DNA from: Entomortierella parvispora E1425 | Taxonomy: Eukaryota > Fungi > Mortierellomycota | Direction of reading: 5' to 3' | NCBI GenBank assembly: GCA_020891255.1 | Contig: BQFW01000004.1 | Span: 1,426,001 to 1,490,000 of the forward strand | Length of the DNA: 64,000 nt | Part shown: positions 1-12,751 of the stretch, piece after piece | Position numbering within the stretch: the stretch's first letter is position 1 | Layout: each line of letters starts with the position of its first letter | Notes under the pieces: generated by a model | The model's database searches: none | Told to the model about the DNA's origin: nothing | What the model saw: only the letters and a program-made list of their open reading frames with translations | Made by a program: the position numbers and the translations under genes

Positions 1-2584
1 GGCTCGGGCGGATTCGTCTGATCAGGAGTGACTTCTGTAGGACGAGAAGGAACCAGTTTTGCAGATGACACTTGGCGGGGAGGTCCAACTGGCATCTCGG
101 GGAATTGAATAGTGGCTGAAATGTAGAAAAAACGACGAGTCGTGTTAGATGGCAAAAGAAAGGTCAAAAGAGAGAAACGAGAGGAGTGTCTCCATCGGTC
201 AAAGAAACTTACACAGCTCTAGAGAGAACACCTGGTCGGCGTCATCCATGGCGTTCTCTTCAGACTCTCCACCTAGCACAAAGATTTTGTCTTTGATTGT
301 GCACATGGTGTGTCCGCTTCGAGGTGAAGGGGTTGGTCCCTCGTTTTGAAATAAATACCATCGACGTTCTAAAGATAATTGACAGAGCGCATGAGTTTTT
401 GTGGGTCATTGAGCCATCGAACACCTGGATATAGCCATATGCAATGCAAAACCCCCCTCGTTAGAAAGGTTTTCTACTTGCCATGAATTTTGAATGCATA
501 CGCATCATTTAGCTCCGTGCCATCTGGACTGCTACCTCCAAAAATGTAGAGCACGCCCTCCACTAGAGTTGAAGAATGTCCGAAGCGGCCAGACGGTAGA
601 TACCCCGAGGCTGGGATTGGTGTCCATGTCAACGCACGTGTATCAAAACACCAAATGTCGTTATAGAAGTAGTCGGCATCAGCACCGCCAAAAACATAGA
701 TCTTGCCCTCATAAACTGACGCTGTATGTCCAGACCTTGCTGGAGGCGAGTCTGACTGTGGCTTAATGGATTCCCAATGAGGATTCTGCGTGACTAAAGT
801 TTCAAAAAAAAAAGGAAGAGCAGTTAGAACGGATGCAAAGCAGACAAGAATAGAACCATGGTCCTCTGTAGTGGGAACATACTTGTTTTCATGTCGAACG
901 ACATAATGTCACCGAAATAGTAGCTGTCGACCTGTCCTCCGAAAATGTACATTGTCGTCCCTACACTACATCCAGCGTGCGAGTGCCGAGGAGCTGGCAG
1001 GGTTCCTTGGATCATTGGCCGATTCCACTCTCTCCTGCTGGTATGTAATACATGCAGGCTGTCATCGCACTGGCCCGTGGTTGCATCCCAACCACCAAAA
1101 TCTTTTTTTCGCCAAATAAAGGTTGAGATGTTTGTCAGTCCCTGAACAAAGTCTGTGCGATTGTGAAACCATGGAGAAATGAAAAGCACGTAGATCAGAT
1201 CAAAAAAGGTCCCAACTTACAAATGACATATTGTCCAATGTTCACAGCAGTATGGCCGCTCTTTGGCATCGGTGGGTCTGCCCCAGCAGCAGACACCGCC
1301 TGGCATTGAAGGGACACTATTCAAGGGAAGAGGAATGAAGCGCTATAATTAGCCAATTATGCTTGCATGGACTCAAAAGTTTCCGAGATGGCCATGCTAT
1401 GGCTGCAGGGGTGAGCATTGGAAGACGTTCGAAACGACGGAATATGAATGGACAGGGAAGATGGGAAAATCTGGGGCAATATCTTTAGCACTGGTCTTGG
1501 ACTTGGTCCCAGACTTGCGTCCCGTTCTGGCCCTGGCATAAAGATCTTTTTACTGGCCCATAAGTACGCACCCTCGCCTTTGCAACTCCTGTAGATCATT
1601 CCCCAAACAGTGGAGAGCCAACAGAGCAGTTTTGTTACACCCCCATTAACTCTCTCATGCCAGTGAGCACTTGTTCATTTAATATCCCGTTGTGCGAGCG
1701 CACTGACAAGATCCGATCTGTCAATTCAGACTTTGGCTGTCGGGTACCCTCTCTAGAACTCCAACCACGCCTTCAGATGAGATGCTCCACTTACCCGAGT
1801 CTAACACAAACAGATCGCTCTTGGGGGTTCCGCGGTGAGTACCCCCAAAGACAAAGATATCGGTCCCGGTCAGCGTGATGGAACTTGAGTGCTGAAACCG
1901 CGGAAAGGGGTTCGATCCGACGATGGAACGCCGCGTCCAAAACAGTCGAGGAGTGGGGAGGGTAGCAGAGGTAGCAACAGCACTTGTCGTCATCGGTGGC
2001 GCTGTACCTGAACTAGGCATGGCACCGGGGGCTGCATTCGAAAGAAGGGGGGGCGCGAGTTGGGGGTGAGGTATAGAAGCTGAGGCAATCGGGGATGATC
2101 CGTAAACACCTTGAGAAGCCGATTGCTGAAACAGTTGCTGATGTTGTTGATGTTGTTGATATTGTTGTTGTTGTTGCTGCTGCTGTTGTTGTTGTTGTTG
2201 ATTCAAGGAGCGACTGTTGTCTTGTGGGAGACTAGGCACCATGGAGGCAGCCCCAGAAACTACTGATCCTTGGCTCTGAGGCGCTGAACCCATGAATCCA
2301 GGTGGTGGCGGTGGCGGGTGCTGGTATGGCTGTGAATAGTTGTTGCCAGTGTCTTCCAAAGTGATACCATTCCCTGGCGCTGGTGGGTGCATATACATGG
2401 ACGTATGGGCAATGCTGTTGCCATTGGCAACGCCATTCAAGTTGTTGAGTCCGAGTCCGTTTGGCGGAGGAGCAGGACGTTGCTTGCTATTCTGGGTGTT
2501 CGTGTTACTCGAATTGGTGGCATTGTGGTGATTGTTGGTGTTACTGCCGTCGTCCTTTTTCTTTTTGCCAAAGAGTCCTGCCAT
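1..2584 (-). CDS. Kelch-repeat cell-polarity protein (Kel1/Tea1-like), 3' end lies outside the window
   Basis: Spliced frame from ATG 2584: low-complexity N/Q/P N-terminus, then kelch repeats (PRFQHSS..IFVFGG, PKSGHTAVNIG..YFGG, PRHSHAGCSVGTTMYIFGG, ARSGHTASVYEGKIYVFGG, GRFGHSSTLVEGVLYIFGG, PRSGHTMC..IFVLGG). Introns include 1317-1794 (GT-AG) and 369-481 (GC-AG). Confidence 0.88.
2141..2200 (-). repeat. CAA/CAG polyglutamine tract in the kelch gene
   Basis: (TTG/CTG)n run on the + strand encoding QQQQQQQQQQQQQYQQHQQHQQ. Confidence 0.9.
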
Positions 2585-3328
2585 GATTGTATCTTTGCTT
2601 TCACGGCGTGTTTACTTCTGCACTGGAGATGGCGTAGGGAATGGTCTAAGGAGCAATGTCCTCGGCGATGGATGGTGGCAGAGGCGAGGAATGATCACCA
2701 ATGAAACTATTGGCAGGAATGAATGAGACAAGCCCAGGAGACGCAAAGGGCAGGCAGGGCCAGGAACAAGGAAGGGGCGCGATTAGTGCAGAGAGTGGAA
2801 TGGAGGTGAGAGAGGTGGAATGGAGCAAAGGGAAGGAGAATAGAGGGCAAAGGAGCAGAGGAACAAAGAGACAAAGGAGCGCACACAGCAGGGCAGAGGA
2901 GGCGTCGTGCAGAAGCAGTGCATGCTGCATTAGTGGGAAACCCCCCTCTCCTCGCACGTCTTTTTGGCCAAGATCCGATGGTTGCTGCCTTTTGTTGCAC
3001 ACAATGGGGCACCCCTGTCCAGATCAAGTGCTGAGCTGATCGTGAAAAAATGAAGACTGCAATTTGTGCGGACATTGGAGTGTAACCTTCGCCACACGCT
3101 CCGTTGAGTGTGTTGATCAACTACCTGTCCACATGTAGCATGTGTCCACTGCCTGTGTCCACTGCCTGTGTCCTGTGCCTCAACCATGCACAACACACAA
3201 CACACATGTAATATCGGTGTCATTTTCAAGTCTTTATATATTGTACACGCACCATCCTGCTTCAGGGGCCTCATCTATACGCTCTGTTGTCGTGTATTAG
3301 AGTGGTTCCCCCTTCATTGTCCATTCGC

Positions 3329-4544
3329 CTAAATAGTCCCAGAAAACAGCATCTCGATCGCTCCGTTGACATTTCCTCCAGCAGCAAGGAGAGCTCGGAT
3401 ATTCCTGGCAGCATCGTAGAATCCCATCTCGTTGAGCTGTTGAAGCTGCACCTGGAAACGCTCTTCGGGTGCCTGCTGGGGCTGTGCAGGGGCTGCACCA
3501 GCTCCAGGCATACCGCCCATCGCTGCCATCTGCTGTGCCCAGTATTGTGCCATAGGGTTGGGTGCCCCCATTCCAGGCACTCCTGCAGGTGCGCCACCAA
3601 AGGCGGCAAAGGGATTGAAAGCAGGTGCTGCAGCACCAGTCGCGGGTGGTGAGGTAGTACCCGTGGTTGCTGGTGGTGTGGATGTAGGCAAAGCAGGCGC
3701 TGCGCCCCAAGGGTTATACATGTTGGCCGCAGGGGCGGGTGCTCCTCCGTAAGCACCCATACCGCCTGCTCCCCCCATCTGGCTGCTCATCTGGGCGACC
3801 TGACGCAACATCTCAGGGTTGGCAATCATTTGCTGGAATTGAGGCGACTGAAGCATCTCACGGACTTGAGGTCCCATAGCCGCCAAGGTCGGGTTCATCG
3901 AAATCATGGAATCCAACACCTGAGGGTTCTGAAGCATCGTCGACATGTACTGAGCAAAGTTTGGGTCCTGGAGCATCTGATTCATCATGGTGGGGTCCAT
4001 GCCTCCCATGCCTCCCATGCCTCCCATACCACCCATACCGCCCATGCCGCCCATACCACCGCCCATCATGTTTGCCCAGGGATTGGGCAAAGCTTCAGCT
4101 CCAGTTGCGGCACCGAAAGGATCTAAAAAATGGGCAAAAACGATCGCGCATTAGCTTTCGATCGGAGACCAAAAGAAAAAGTTGATGAGCGTGTCTAATC
4201 ATACCAGCAGCAGCAGGGGCGACTGCAGGAGTGGCAGCGGTGGCCGTCGTCGCAGCAGTGGCAGCAGCAGCAGGGGTAGCGGCAGCTGTGGTCGAGGAAG
4301 CAGAGGTAGCAGGAGCGTTTCCACGCACCATGTGGACGGTGTGGTTGCTTGCAATCTTGTAGGACTCCAATGTATCGTCATCTTTGAGGACTCTGCCAGA
4401 GTAGATTAGACGCATGCGATCAGCCGGGGTGTCGCAACTCTCAGCAATCTTTTCCTTGAACTCTTTGACAGTCTTGGAGGTGTCGATGACGATGACATAT
4501 TTGTTGTCGTTCGAGGCCTTGACGTTGATGGAGATTTCTGACAT
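3329..4544 (-). CDS. DSK2: Ubiquilin/Dsk2 (UBL-STI1-UBA proteasome shuttle factor)
   Basis: UBL domain MSEISINVKASND..RLIYSGRVLKD; intron 4123-4204 keeps the frame (A-D-P-F); MGG repeats; STI1-like MLQNP/MIANP motifs; UBA domain ERFQVQLQQLNEMGF..NIRALLAAGGNVNGAIEMLF. Confidence 0.95.
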
Positions 4545-5155
4545 TGTGGTGAGTGTGTATGTGTGTGTAAAAATGAGAGGGGGTTGAGTGTGAAGGGAAA
4601 CAAGAGGAGAGCTGGGTGCGGGTGTTGAAGTATAGAAAGTGAAGGGGAAAGAGGGAATGAGAAGGGAGTAGAGTGAGTAGAGTGAGTAGAGGGGGTAGAG
4701 AGAGAGGGAGGAGTGATGGGAAAAAGAAAAGAAGCAGAAAGAACAAGGGACAGCAAGAGTGGACACAAAGAGGGCGGTCAGTGTGAGCAAAGGGGCGCGC
4801 GAACGAATGGCAGCGAAGGACAGAGAGGAAGCGCGGTCGATCCCCCTTCCCTCCACCGATCGATCCGATCGTGCGTGCGCGCGCTCTGTGGGTGCTTTTC
4901 TTCCGTCATCTCCTTCCCTCCCTCACTCTCACTCTGCCACCACTCTCTGTATTCATCATGCTCTTTCACAAACCAGTAGGCTGGTGGCACCATCTCCAGG
5001 AGACGCGTCCCAAATACCCAGCGAATTGTCCACGTCAGCAAAACGATGTCACGAGTGGAATTCAATTATTCAAGAAAAAAAAAAAAAGAAAAGAGAAAAA
5101 AAAAAGTTTAAATTTCTTTTCAAATCATTCTTGTTTTTGCCACTGCTAATTCTCA

Positions 5156-7364
5156 ATGGCCACACTCAGGAACACTCATGGCAGGGACAGGGACGACATG
5201 AGGCGGGATGCAAAGAGTCTGTAAGGCAAACTGCTTTAATGCAGGGCTGCAATGGATCACTGCTTGTCGAATCTAGTGGACTGATCATCACCTCTCCTGA
5301 CTGTGATAGCCTGAACCGACTCAAATCCATCCAAGCAGACGCTGCCTTTGTATCCGAGATGGCCGACCTCTTTCCCCAATTCCCGATCCTAGGTAAGGAT
5401 GGTTCATTGTGGACAGGACAGAAAGCATGGATATCGCAACTAAACCACTGATTTTTTTACTCTTAGCCAACGAACGATGTGGGACATGGTATGTCCATCC
5501 TTCAAAGGTAGGAAGACAGAGCAAGCTTGACGATCAACAAAGAAAACAAAATCATTGATACTTGCCTCCAACTGTCTTTAAAAACAGATTCATCGACCTG
5601 GAGTATACTTCAAATCAACTGATGGCCATACAGGAATCTGGGATTTCAACCTGCGCCGCTACAACCCGCATTTGATTAATGCCATCATCGACAACGGAGG
5701 GTAGGGCCAATGATGAGAGGAAACCTGGAGAACGAAGGTTCATATGATTTTATGATCTGCTTGTCTGATGCAAGTATGTTTCTCGACACTTTGGATTCCA
5801 CTTAGGTGCATTATTGTGGACTCAACCCGGAAAGGGAAAAGAGTACCCGACGCTCTATCTAAAACGATTCCAATTTGGTGTGCGACGATTAACAACGCTG
5901 TCAGGAAAAAAGCTCTGGAAAATCAAAAGGCGTACAAAAGCGCTACATCGAGCGACCAGGCTGTAAATGTCGACAGAAGCGATGAAGAAATGTCGGCCAC
6001 CCTGCTGGTGCCAGCTCTGGATGATGAGCACTGGGATGTCCGATACCACTCGTTGCCAAGCGTGATTTCAAGATCTGAGCACGCACAAATCGCGGAAAAA
6101 ATCGAGGGATTTGCGGACAAACTAATGGTAGGTCATACACTCGTTCAACTCTGACGCTCTTCTGCCTCTCGTAGCCCGAGAATAATGGATTTTTTTAATT
6201 GATCGATTCGTCATGTAGCGATTCACGGACATGACGCCTTTAACAACACGTCTTCTTAAGCCGATTCGACCTATCTGGCTCACTCCCCAGAGCTTTATTA
6301 TGAAGGATGACCCACCGGATTACAATCAGGTTGGATTCTTTCCTGTGATCTGCCTTAGTGCCTCACGAGTGGTTCAGGATGGCATGGAGGAACAGGATGG
6401 ATATCTTTACGTGCAAGGATCAGGCGATGACGAAGAGATGTGGTCGAAAGGACTGACGCCAGATTTATTTTGGAACAATATTGACTATTTGCTTGAAGAT
6501 GGTATCACTGCTTCTGAATGTGAAAACCGGGCAAAGAAAGTTGTACAGGATTCAAGGAGATTACAATTAGAGACGTCCAAACCGAGTGGAGTTGCCTCCA
6601 GCCAAGATGAAAAGTCAACATCGACTCTGAGAGCAAATCTATTTACGCCTTCGATGGAACGTTGCTCAGAGATTGCACCAAGTCCTATATGGATCGGAAA
6701 CAATGCCAGCGGGAAAATACCGGCATGTTGGGATGCCGGATATGATATGGTAATCAACTGTGGAGCAGAAATCAAGCGTGAATCCTTATTTGAACTTGAA
6801 GGCGGGCAAGATTGGGTGACAGCCCTTGCTGGTGTAGGGCATGCGGGGGCTCAAGCATCCCTCTGTGAGATCAAGCGCAGTCAGTGGCCGATTTCGGTAG
6901 ACACTAAAAATTGTAGTACACACCAGGTGGAAAAGAGCTACTTTTATCTCCATCTTCCAATTGCAGAAGGAAAGAAAGGCCAGCACGACCTTTTAGCAAT
7001 GATACCCGTGGCAATTGAGGCAGTGCGCAAACTGTTTCTGAAGCTCGAAGAATGGAGGGCACAAAACAATATCGAGGACAAAACATCTCCTCGGATATTG
7101 GTCCATTGTCAGCAGGGGATGGATCGGTCTGTAGGCATTTCTCTTGCTTTACTCGTTGCCTGTTTTGATGAGGAGAGTGGAGCCTTTGTCGATCGCTGTG
7201 GCTCTTCGGATAAAAAGTACTCGGCTAACAAGGAGTTTATCCAAAGGCGACTCTTCCAGATCATGTCCCATCGTCTAGCAGCGCGGCCGTCTCGCGCAAC
7301 GCTGAAGATAGTCAACACCTTCTTCATGAGCCCAACTGATCCTCCGCCTGCAAAGTACACCTAA
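5156..7364 (+). CDS. RIT1: Initiator tRNA phosphoribosyl transferase
   Basis: Spliced motifs LNRLKSI, ANERCGTWYV, YFKSTDGHTG.WDFNLRRYNPHL, GGCIIVDSTRKGKR.PDALSKTIPIWC, KPIRPIW, VQGSGDDEEMWSKGLTP; C-terminal DUSP-like segment HCQQGMDRS. The start at 5156 is inferred. Confidence 0.92.
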
Positions 7365-7805
7365 TAAACTGTGGTGGATTTGGCCCAAATCCCCAAAGCC
7401 ACCGACATATATGGGCAGAGTTGGGACGCGGTGGTAACAGAGGTGTCTTCTTTTCATTGTACACCTCTCTTTTGCGTCGTTGCTGCTCGTTTGGGATATT
7501 TGGCTCCTCCGAGAAGGCACGAGAATAGGAGAGAACTTTAGGCATCAGACACCACACACACCAGAGAAACACCCTCCCCCCCCCCCTTCCATGTCGAACG
7601 AAGAAGGTGGAAGCTCCTCAAAGTTGCCCTTGTCACCAAGGTTGGACCAAGGCAAACTGGCCCTGTCAATCCACAAGAGTCATGTGACACAGATGACGAC
7701 CGGAATGGTGGCTTTGAAACGCGTCCTTGGGAGATGACGGCAAAAAGAAGACACATGGACACATCCCTCTCCCTTCGTCCATCTTTGCATCCATCTTCAT
7801 CTCAC

Positions 7806-9899
7806 ATGGCATCTACAGCTCGGCCAGTCCGCACATCTGCCCGCCAGACGGCAATCAAACAGCAGGAAAAGGAAGCAGAACAACGAGCCCTGGAGGCTAA
7901 ACTGAAAGCTAAGCGAGAACGGGAGTTGCTGCTGGAGCAACAACGCTTGGAGAAAGAGCGAAAGCAAAAAGAAGAGGACGAAGAGGAAGAGAGACTGAGG
8001 AAGCTCCGGGATTCTTCTTCAAGAAGTCTCAGTCCTCCCTTGTCGGATGCCTCCTCGCTGAGCGATGTAGGCGATGACGATGACGAAGACGAGGAAGAGG
8101 CAGAGGAAGAGGAAGAAACCGAAGACGAGGAAGCGGAGGAGGATGATCCGAACAAAGAGCAGCCTTTGTCGAGCTACTGGGAGATTGCTTTTGTATATGG
8201 CTTTCTGGTCAGCTTCAAGTCACTCCTCAAGCAAGCCTGCCCTCTCAAAGAATTCACAATTGATGTAAGTGGAGGCACCACATCCACACTGTTATATCGG
8301 TTGCAACAAGGCACTACTAGGAACTTGAGGCAAACGACGTTGACTCTTGTCTACTGACTGAATATAGGATTTGGAACTGGGACTGCAAGCCGACTCTAGC
8401 AACCCCTGCCTTGAAGACATTCACTGCAACTTGCTCTCCAATCTGCCTAACCGGAAGAAGGCTGTCACGTATGAACATTTATTGCCCCATATTGAAAGAT
8501 AATGCCAGATCGAGGAAGCATTCTCCTAACTAATCGTGACGACAAATTCTTACTGCTACCGAATCATAGTCCCCAAGTCTGGCAAAAGGTTTTATCAGAG
8601 ACTTTGGATGCAAAGCTGAAGACGGGCGAATTACTTTATACCGACAATCCCATGAGATTCTATAATGGCGATTACTACGCCATCCCAACAAAAGACAGAG
8701 TCTTGATCCTGAAAGCCCTTGTCGATTGGGTCCTTCAAGAGGGTCCTTCAGTGCGCTGGGGAATAGACCAGGAGATGGAGGCATACGTTGTAAAGCCTTT
8801 TGGCCAGGATCAAACCAAGCGTGTTTACTGGTACTTTGGAGGTAAATAGACGCATATGGAATTATAATGATCGGACGATTCCTGCATTTTGCCCTTAAAC
8901 CCCAGCTAAATTGACTGATCTCGTCGCATTCCTAGAAGGCACTGTCCGGCTCTATCGTGAGACCAATTCTAAAAAGAAGAACGCGAAATGGGAAACTGTA
9001 GCCAACAACTTGGATGAGCTTGTGGCATTGGCCAACTCTTTCGACAAGACTTCCTCAAGACTGGAGAAAACGCTGCAAGAGAGACTACGCAACGAGATCA
9101 TTGCACCTGCGAATGAAAAGATTTTGCGGGACGCTAGGGTAAGACCAATTGTCAAATTCATTTGATTTTCTCATGTACTATGGTAATTAATTCCAAGTGA
9201 CCCTTTCTCCTCTTGAAATATAATTAGCGGAAGGAAAGACAGGAGAAGCAGATGAGATCATTGGCGTTATACCACGAGATGGCTGCGACGAGATCCACCA
9301 GGACCCGCTCCTCAAATCGTCTAAACGCACCCAAGTATACCTTTGATGACGAGGAGGAGGAGGACGAGGAGGATGAATTCGCAATGTATCGACGTCCCTC
9401 AAGTAGGAATAGTCGGAGAAAATTGAATGACGCTCAGGAACAGGATGGCCAACACGAGGAACAGAGTCAATCAATAGTCGATGAACATCGTGAAGGAGAT
9501 GGGGATCAAGACCACTCTCTTAACTCGACAATGGATCACAAGGACCGTGAGCTGAGCGTTTCGTCTTCACGCTCGAGTGTCGGTAGAGACTCTGATAGCT
9601 CAATTCGTGTTGCGTTTGAGCGCACTAAGGTGCAAGATGGAGAGGACGATTCTAGCAATGAGCATGCTGCCCAGGTCTCGGAGGAAGTCCCCGAAGCCTC
9701 CACTGGGAGCCCACATAGTGTCGCGATGGAGGTCTTACCAACGGCCGTATTGCAAACAACCTCCAACGCTACCCCTGTCCCCATAGCTTCTCCACTGAAC
9801 GCTTCAGATGTTGTTCCTGCGATAGCTGTTGTACTAGCCCCTCTTGACTCCACACCTTATCCTGATGCTGAACCTATGGACGTCGATCGAACTGCATAA
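7806..9899 (+). CDS. DDT/WHIM-domain ISWI-associated chromatin protein (Ioc3-like)
   Basis: YWEIAFVYGFL (DDT-like); DRVLILKALVDW (WHIM1-like); PFGQDQTKRVYWYFG..RLYRE..WETVANNLDEL (WSD-like); acidic tracts; four GT-AG introns keep the frame. Confidence 0.75.
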
Positions 9900-10032
9900 A
9901 TTGTGGCTTATCAAAATATTCAAACAAAGAGCTGTGACTGTTTAATTCTCCGAGCTTGGATGTGTGTCCATGCGATTGACTTGACATGGTGCGTTCTGTT
10001 TGTAACTCTTACCCACAACTATACATTTCATC

Positions 10033-10890
10033 ATGGCATCGAAACTCACTGCTGTCGTCTCGGACCTTCGCCATGGACTTGGCGCCATCAAATTGCGCTC
10101 TGATGTCAAGAAGGTCACCCTCATGTTCTCAAGACGCTCCGACAATGCCGGCGCCAGGTACAGACTCGGACCCCCATACCATTCTGGCAACACAGCGCAA
10201 ATACGCAACCGAAACAGGAGGAGGAGGAGGAGGGATAGGAAAAGGAAAGGATTGACAGTTGTGTCTGTTATCGATCCAAAAAGTCAAAGCGATACAACAT
10301 GACAAATGGGCAGCGGATTACGACACTACCCTTCTTCAAAGTGCAGGGGGTGACAAGAGCCTCCCTTTGACTATCCCTACGCCTCTTGGATCAAAAGGGT
10401 TGTGTGGGGTTGAAACTCGACAGGAAGGGAAAAAAATATGGAGACAATGGACGGACAATGACCTGGATCCGATCACCTCCCAGAAACTAAAATCGGTTTG
10501 AAAATGTGTCGGCAATATAGATATTTCCTCCGCGAGAACATGCCTAGAATTCAGTACAACAACCCATCGATCCAGTTCGAGGTCCAAAAGGTTCAGCAGC
10601 CCGGTGTGAGCCCCGAGTTGACCATTGAATTCGGTAAGGCTCACTCACTCCCCCCTCTCTCTTCGTTCGCCTTGTACAAAGAAAGACGAGGAGCAAACAG
10701 GCCGCTTTCTACTGACGGATCAAAACAAAATCCTCTTGCTCGAAAAGGACATTCAGGCTAACGAAACACGAACTTTGTTAATGTTGTCAAAATAGCCAAC
10801 AACGACATCAAGAAGATCTCTTGCTCCAGGATACAATCCAGCGAGATCTGCAAACAGTTCTTGACCGCCACCACCGAGGGTTCAGCATAA
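10033..10890 (+). CDS. MRP49: Mitochondrial large ribosomal subunit protein mL61/MRP49-like (L51/S25/CI-B8 fold)
   Basis: Exons 10033-10157, 10521-10633 and 10796-10890 give GLGAIKL..KKVTLMFSRRSDNAGARYFLRENMPRIQYNNPSIQF. Confidence 0.75.
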
Positions 10891-11086
10891 AGCAGGAGTA
10901 GATTTTTTGGATCGCTGACAACTGTATAAGAAATGAATGAAAGCGAGCGGATGGGGGCATTCTAAGTCAGCAGATCTAGACCATTAAAACTTTTTTTTCA
11001 GAAAAAAAAACAAGAGAAGCGTAGAGGTGATGGTAAGATACGACGTATGTTTTATTTTTGTGATTACTATGCGGTGGGGATCTTTT

Positions 11087-12397
11087 TTAAGAAAACATGT
11101 GTGTGAAAACAACGGTCAGACCGACGATAAAGACGACGACGGCAAGATCATTCACAAGCGAGGACCAAATCAGTCGGTAGCGCATGAAAATACGGATCAT
11201 GTCTGAAAAGGGAGGAGGCAAGAATCCGGCAATGGTGCCCAGTGTACTGCTAGGCGAAGCTGTGACTCCATGCAAGACCATCCGAGTCGACTGCAAGATC
11301 AACTCCATCGTCACAAAGTACCAGAATACCGGCTATTGTTGAGAGAAGATGAGGACAAAAGGTGTTAGCCTCGGGAAAAGTCAGGCCCTGGCGAAGAGTA
11401 GGGTCATAGCGAAAGTATTCAGTTGAACAGAAGCTGTCCTATCAAATCGTAGAAATCGAAAGATATATACCATTGGGGCGACCTGATACACTCCGTAAGG
11501 CAAAGGTTTGTCCGTTGCAAGGGCATCAAAGCGTCCAAAATCTCCCTGTCGAGAGTATTCCCTGTACACAACTCCAAATCCCAAGAGCACTGACAGCACA
11601 AAGTGCAACAACTTCCACCAACGAGCGGTTGTATCTGCGACTGGGGTCAAAACTGTGAACCCTGGTGGAGGCATGCCTGAGCCTGGGCCGCCAAAGCCAG
11701 CCATAGCCGAGGGCGATTTGGATCCAGCTCCCCCGTCCTCGGACTGCATTCTCCTGGTCAGAGACTGTTGTTGCTGTGGGTCCAAGAAGGGGTTGTTCAT
11801 GAAAGGGTTGAAAGTAGGGTCGGCTCCAAAAGGAGAGGCAAAGGGTGCGGTGGAAGGTGAAGGTGCTCCTAATGAATCATCTGGATCGGCATCGTTCGAA
11901 TCTTCGACCTTGGTGGCAGTGTTTGTCCTGGGTCCTGATGATGCTGTTGAAGAGTGAGTTGGCACAGTTCCTGAAGACAGCGATGCTTGGCGAGATATCC
12001 TTGGGGAAGCTAGCGATCGATCTGTTTCTTCGTCATCCTTGGCCGCGACTAACGATATCATGGAGGAGGGACAGAGATTAGCTCAAACAGCATACATCAT
12101 CATGCAAGATAAAAGGCATAATGATGCTTGAACGGGGCTAATACCTTTGGGACCTTCAGACTCGCCTTGGGGCTGCAAAATGGTTCCAGAAGCAACAGAG
12201 GCCTTGATCCGTTCTTCTTCTTGCTCCTTCTTCAAGAGCTGCTCTCTGGCCAAGAGAACCGAGGGAGTGGGCGCGACTTGAGCATTTGTTCCTGATGTGC
12301 CAGTGATCTTGCTCAAACGCGATTCACCAGAGGCGAGAATCTTTTTCTGGCGAGCCTCGCGCCGTTTCCGGAGAAGCTCAGCTTGTGAGTCGGACAT
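11087..12397 (-). CDS. GET2: GET2/CAML-like tail-anchored protein insertase subunit
   Basis: Hallmark N-terminal RKRREARQKKILASGESRLSKITG; three C-terminal hydrophobic segments; two GT-AG introns. Confidence 0.8.
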
Positions 12398-12751
12398 TGT
12401 GAGAGGATGAAAGTAGGGAAGGGAGGGGCGGATGGGACAAAGAGACGGCGATGGGTCAAAGAGCGGTGCAGATGAGCATGTCCTGAACAGAGTCCATCCG
12501 CTTCCATTGGGACGATGAGCGTTTGTCTCGCGGCAATTAAGGGGCAAAGTTCATGGGAAAACGAAACTGAACGGTTTTTTTATTGTGTCAGTCAGTTATG
12601 CAATGCGATTTCTTGTTGTTCACGACTCCTTCTTGGATCCTGCGGCTGACCGTGTCTTCATCGAGGCGAGCGCTGGCATCGAAACAGACACGACAGAACG
12701 GAGGGGAACCAAAGGAATCACCACTTGAGGGACCCAAGGCCGTGGATCGAT

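Noticed and set aside
1317-1794. Long introns as possible snoRNA hosts (also 10158-10520, 46013-46440, 61276-61576, 61632-61893)
   Set aside because: I could not identify a convincing C/D or H/ACA box arrangement by eye. A covariance-model search would be needed.
3141-3173. 13-bp tandem repeat (TGTGTCCACTGCC x2.5) as a possible CRISPR-like or mobile feature
   Set aside because: There are no spacers and it is too short; it is an ordinary slippage repeat.
4545-4856. N-terminal extension of the DSK2 ORF in the track (MEGRGIDRASS...)
   Set aside because: It is CT-rich promoter/5' UTR sequence. The UBL domain starts cleanly at ATG 4544.
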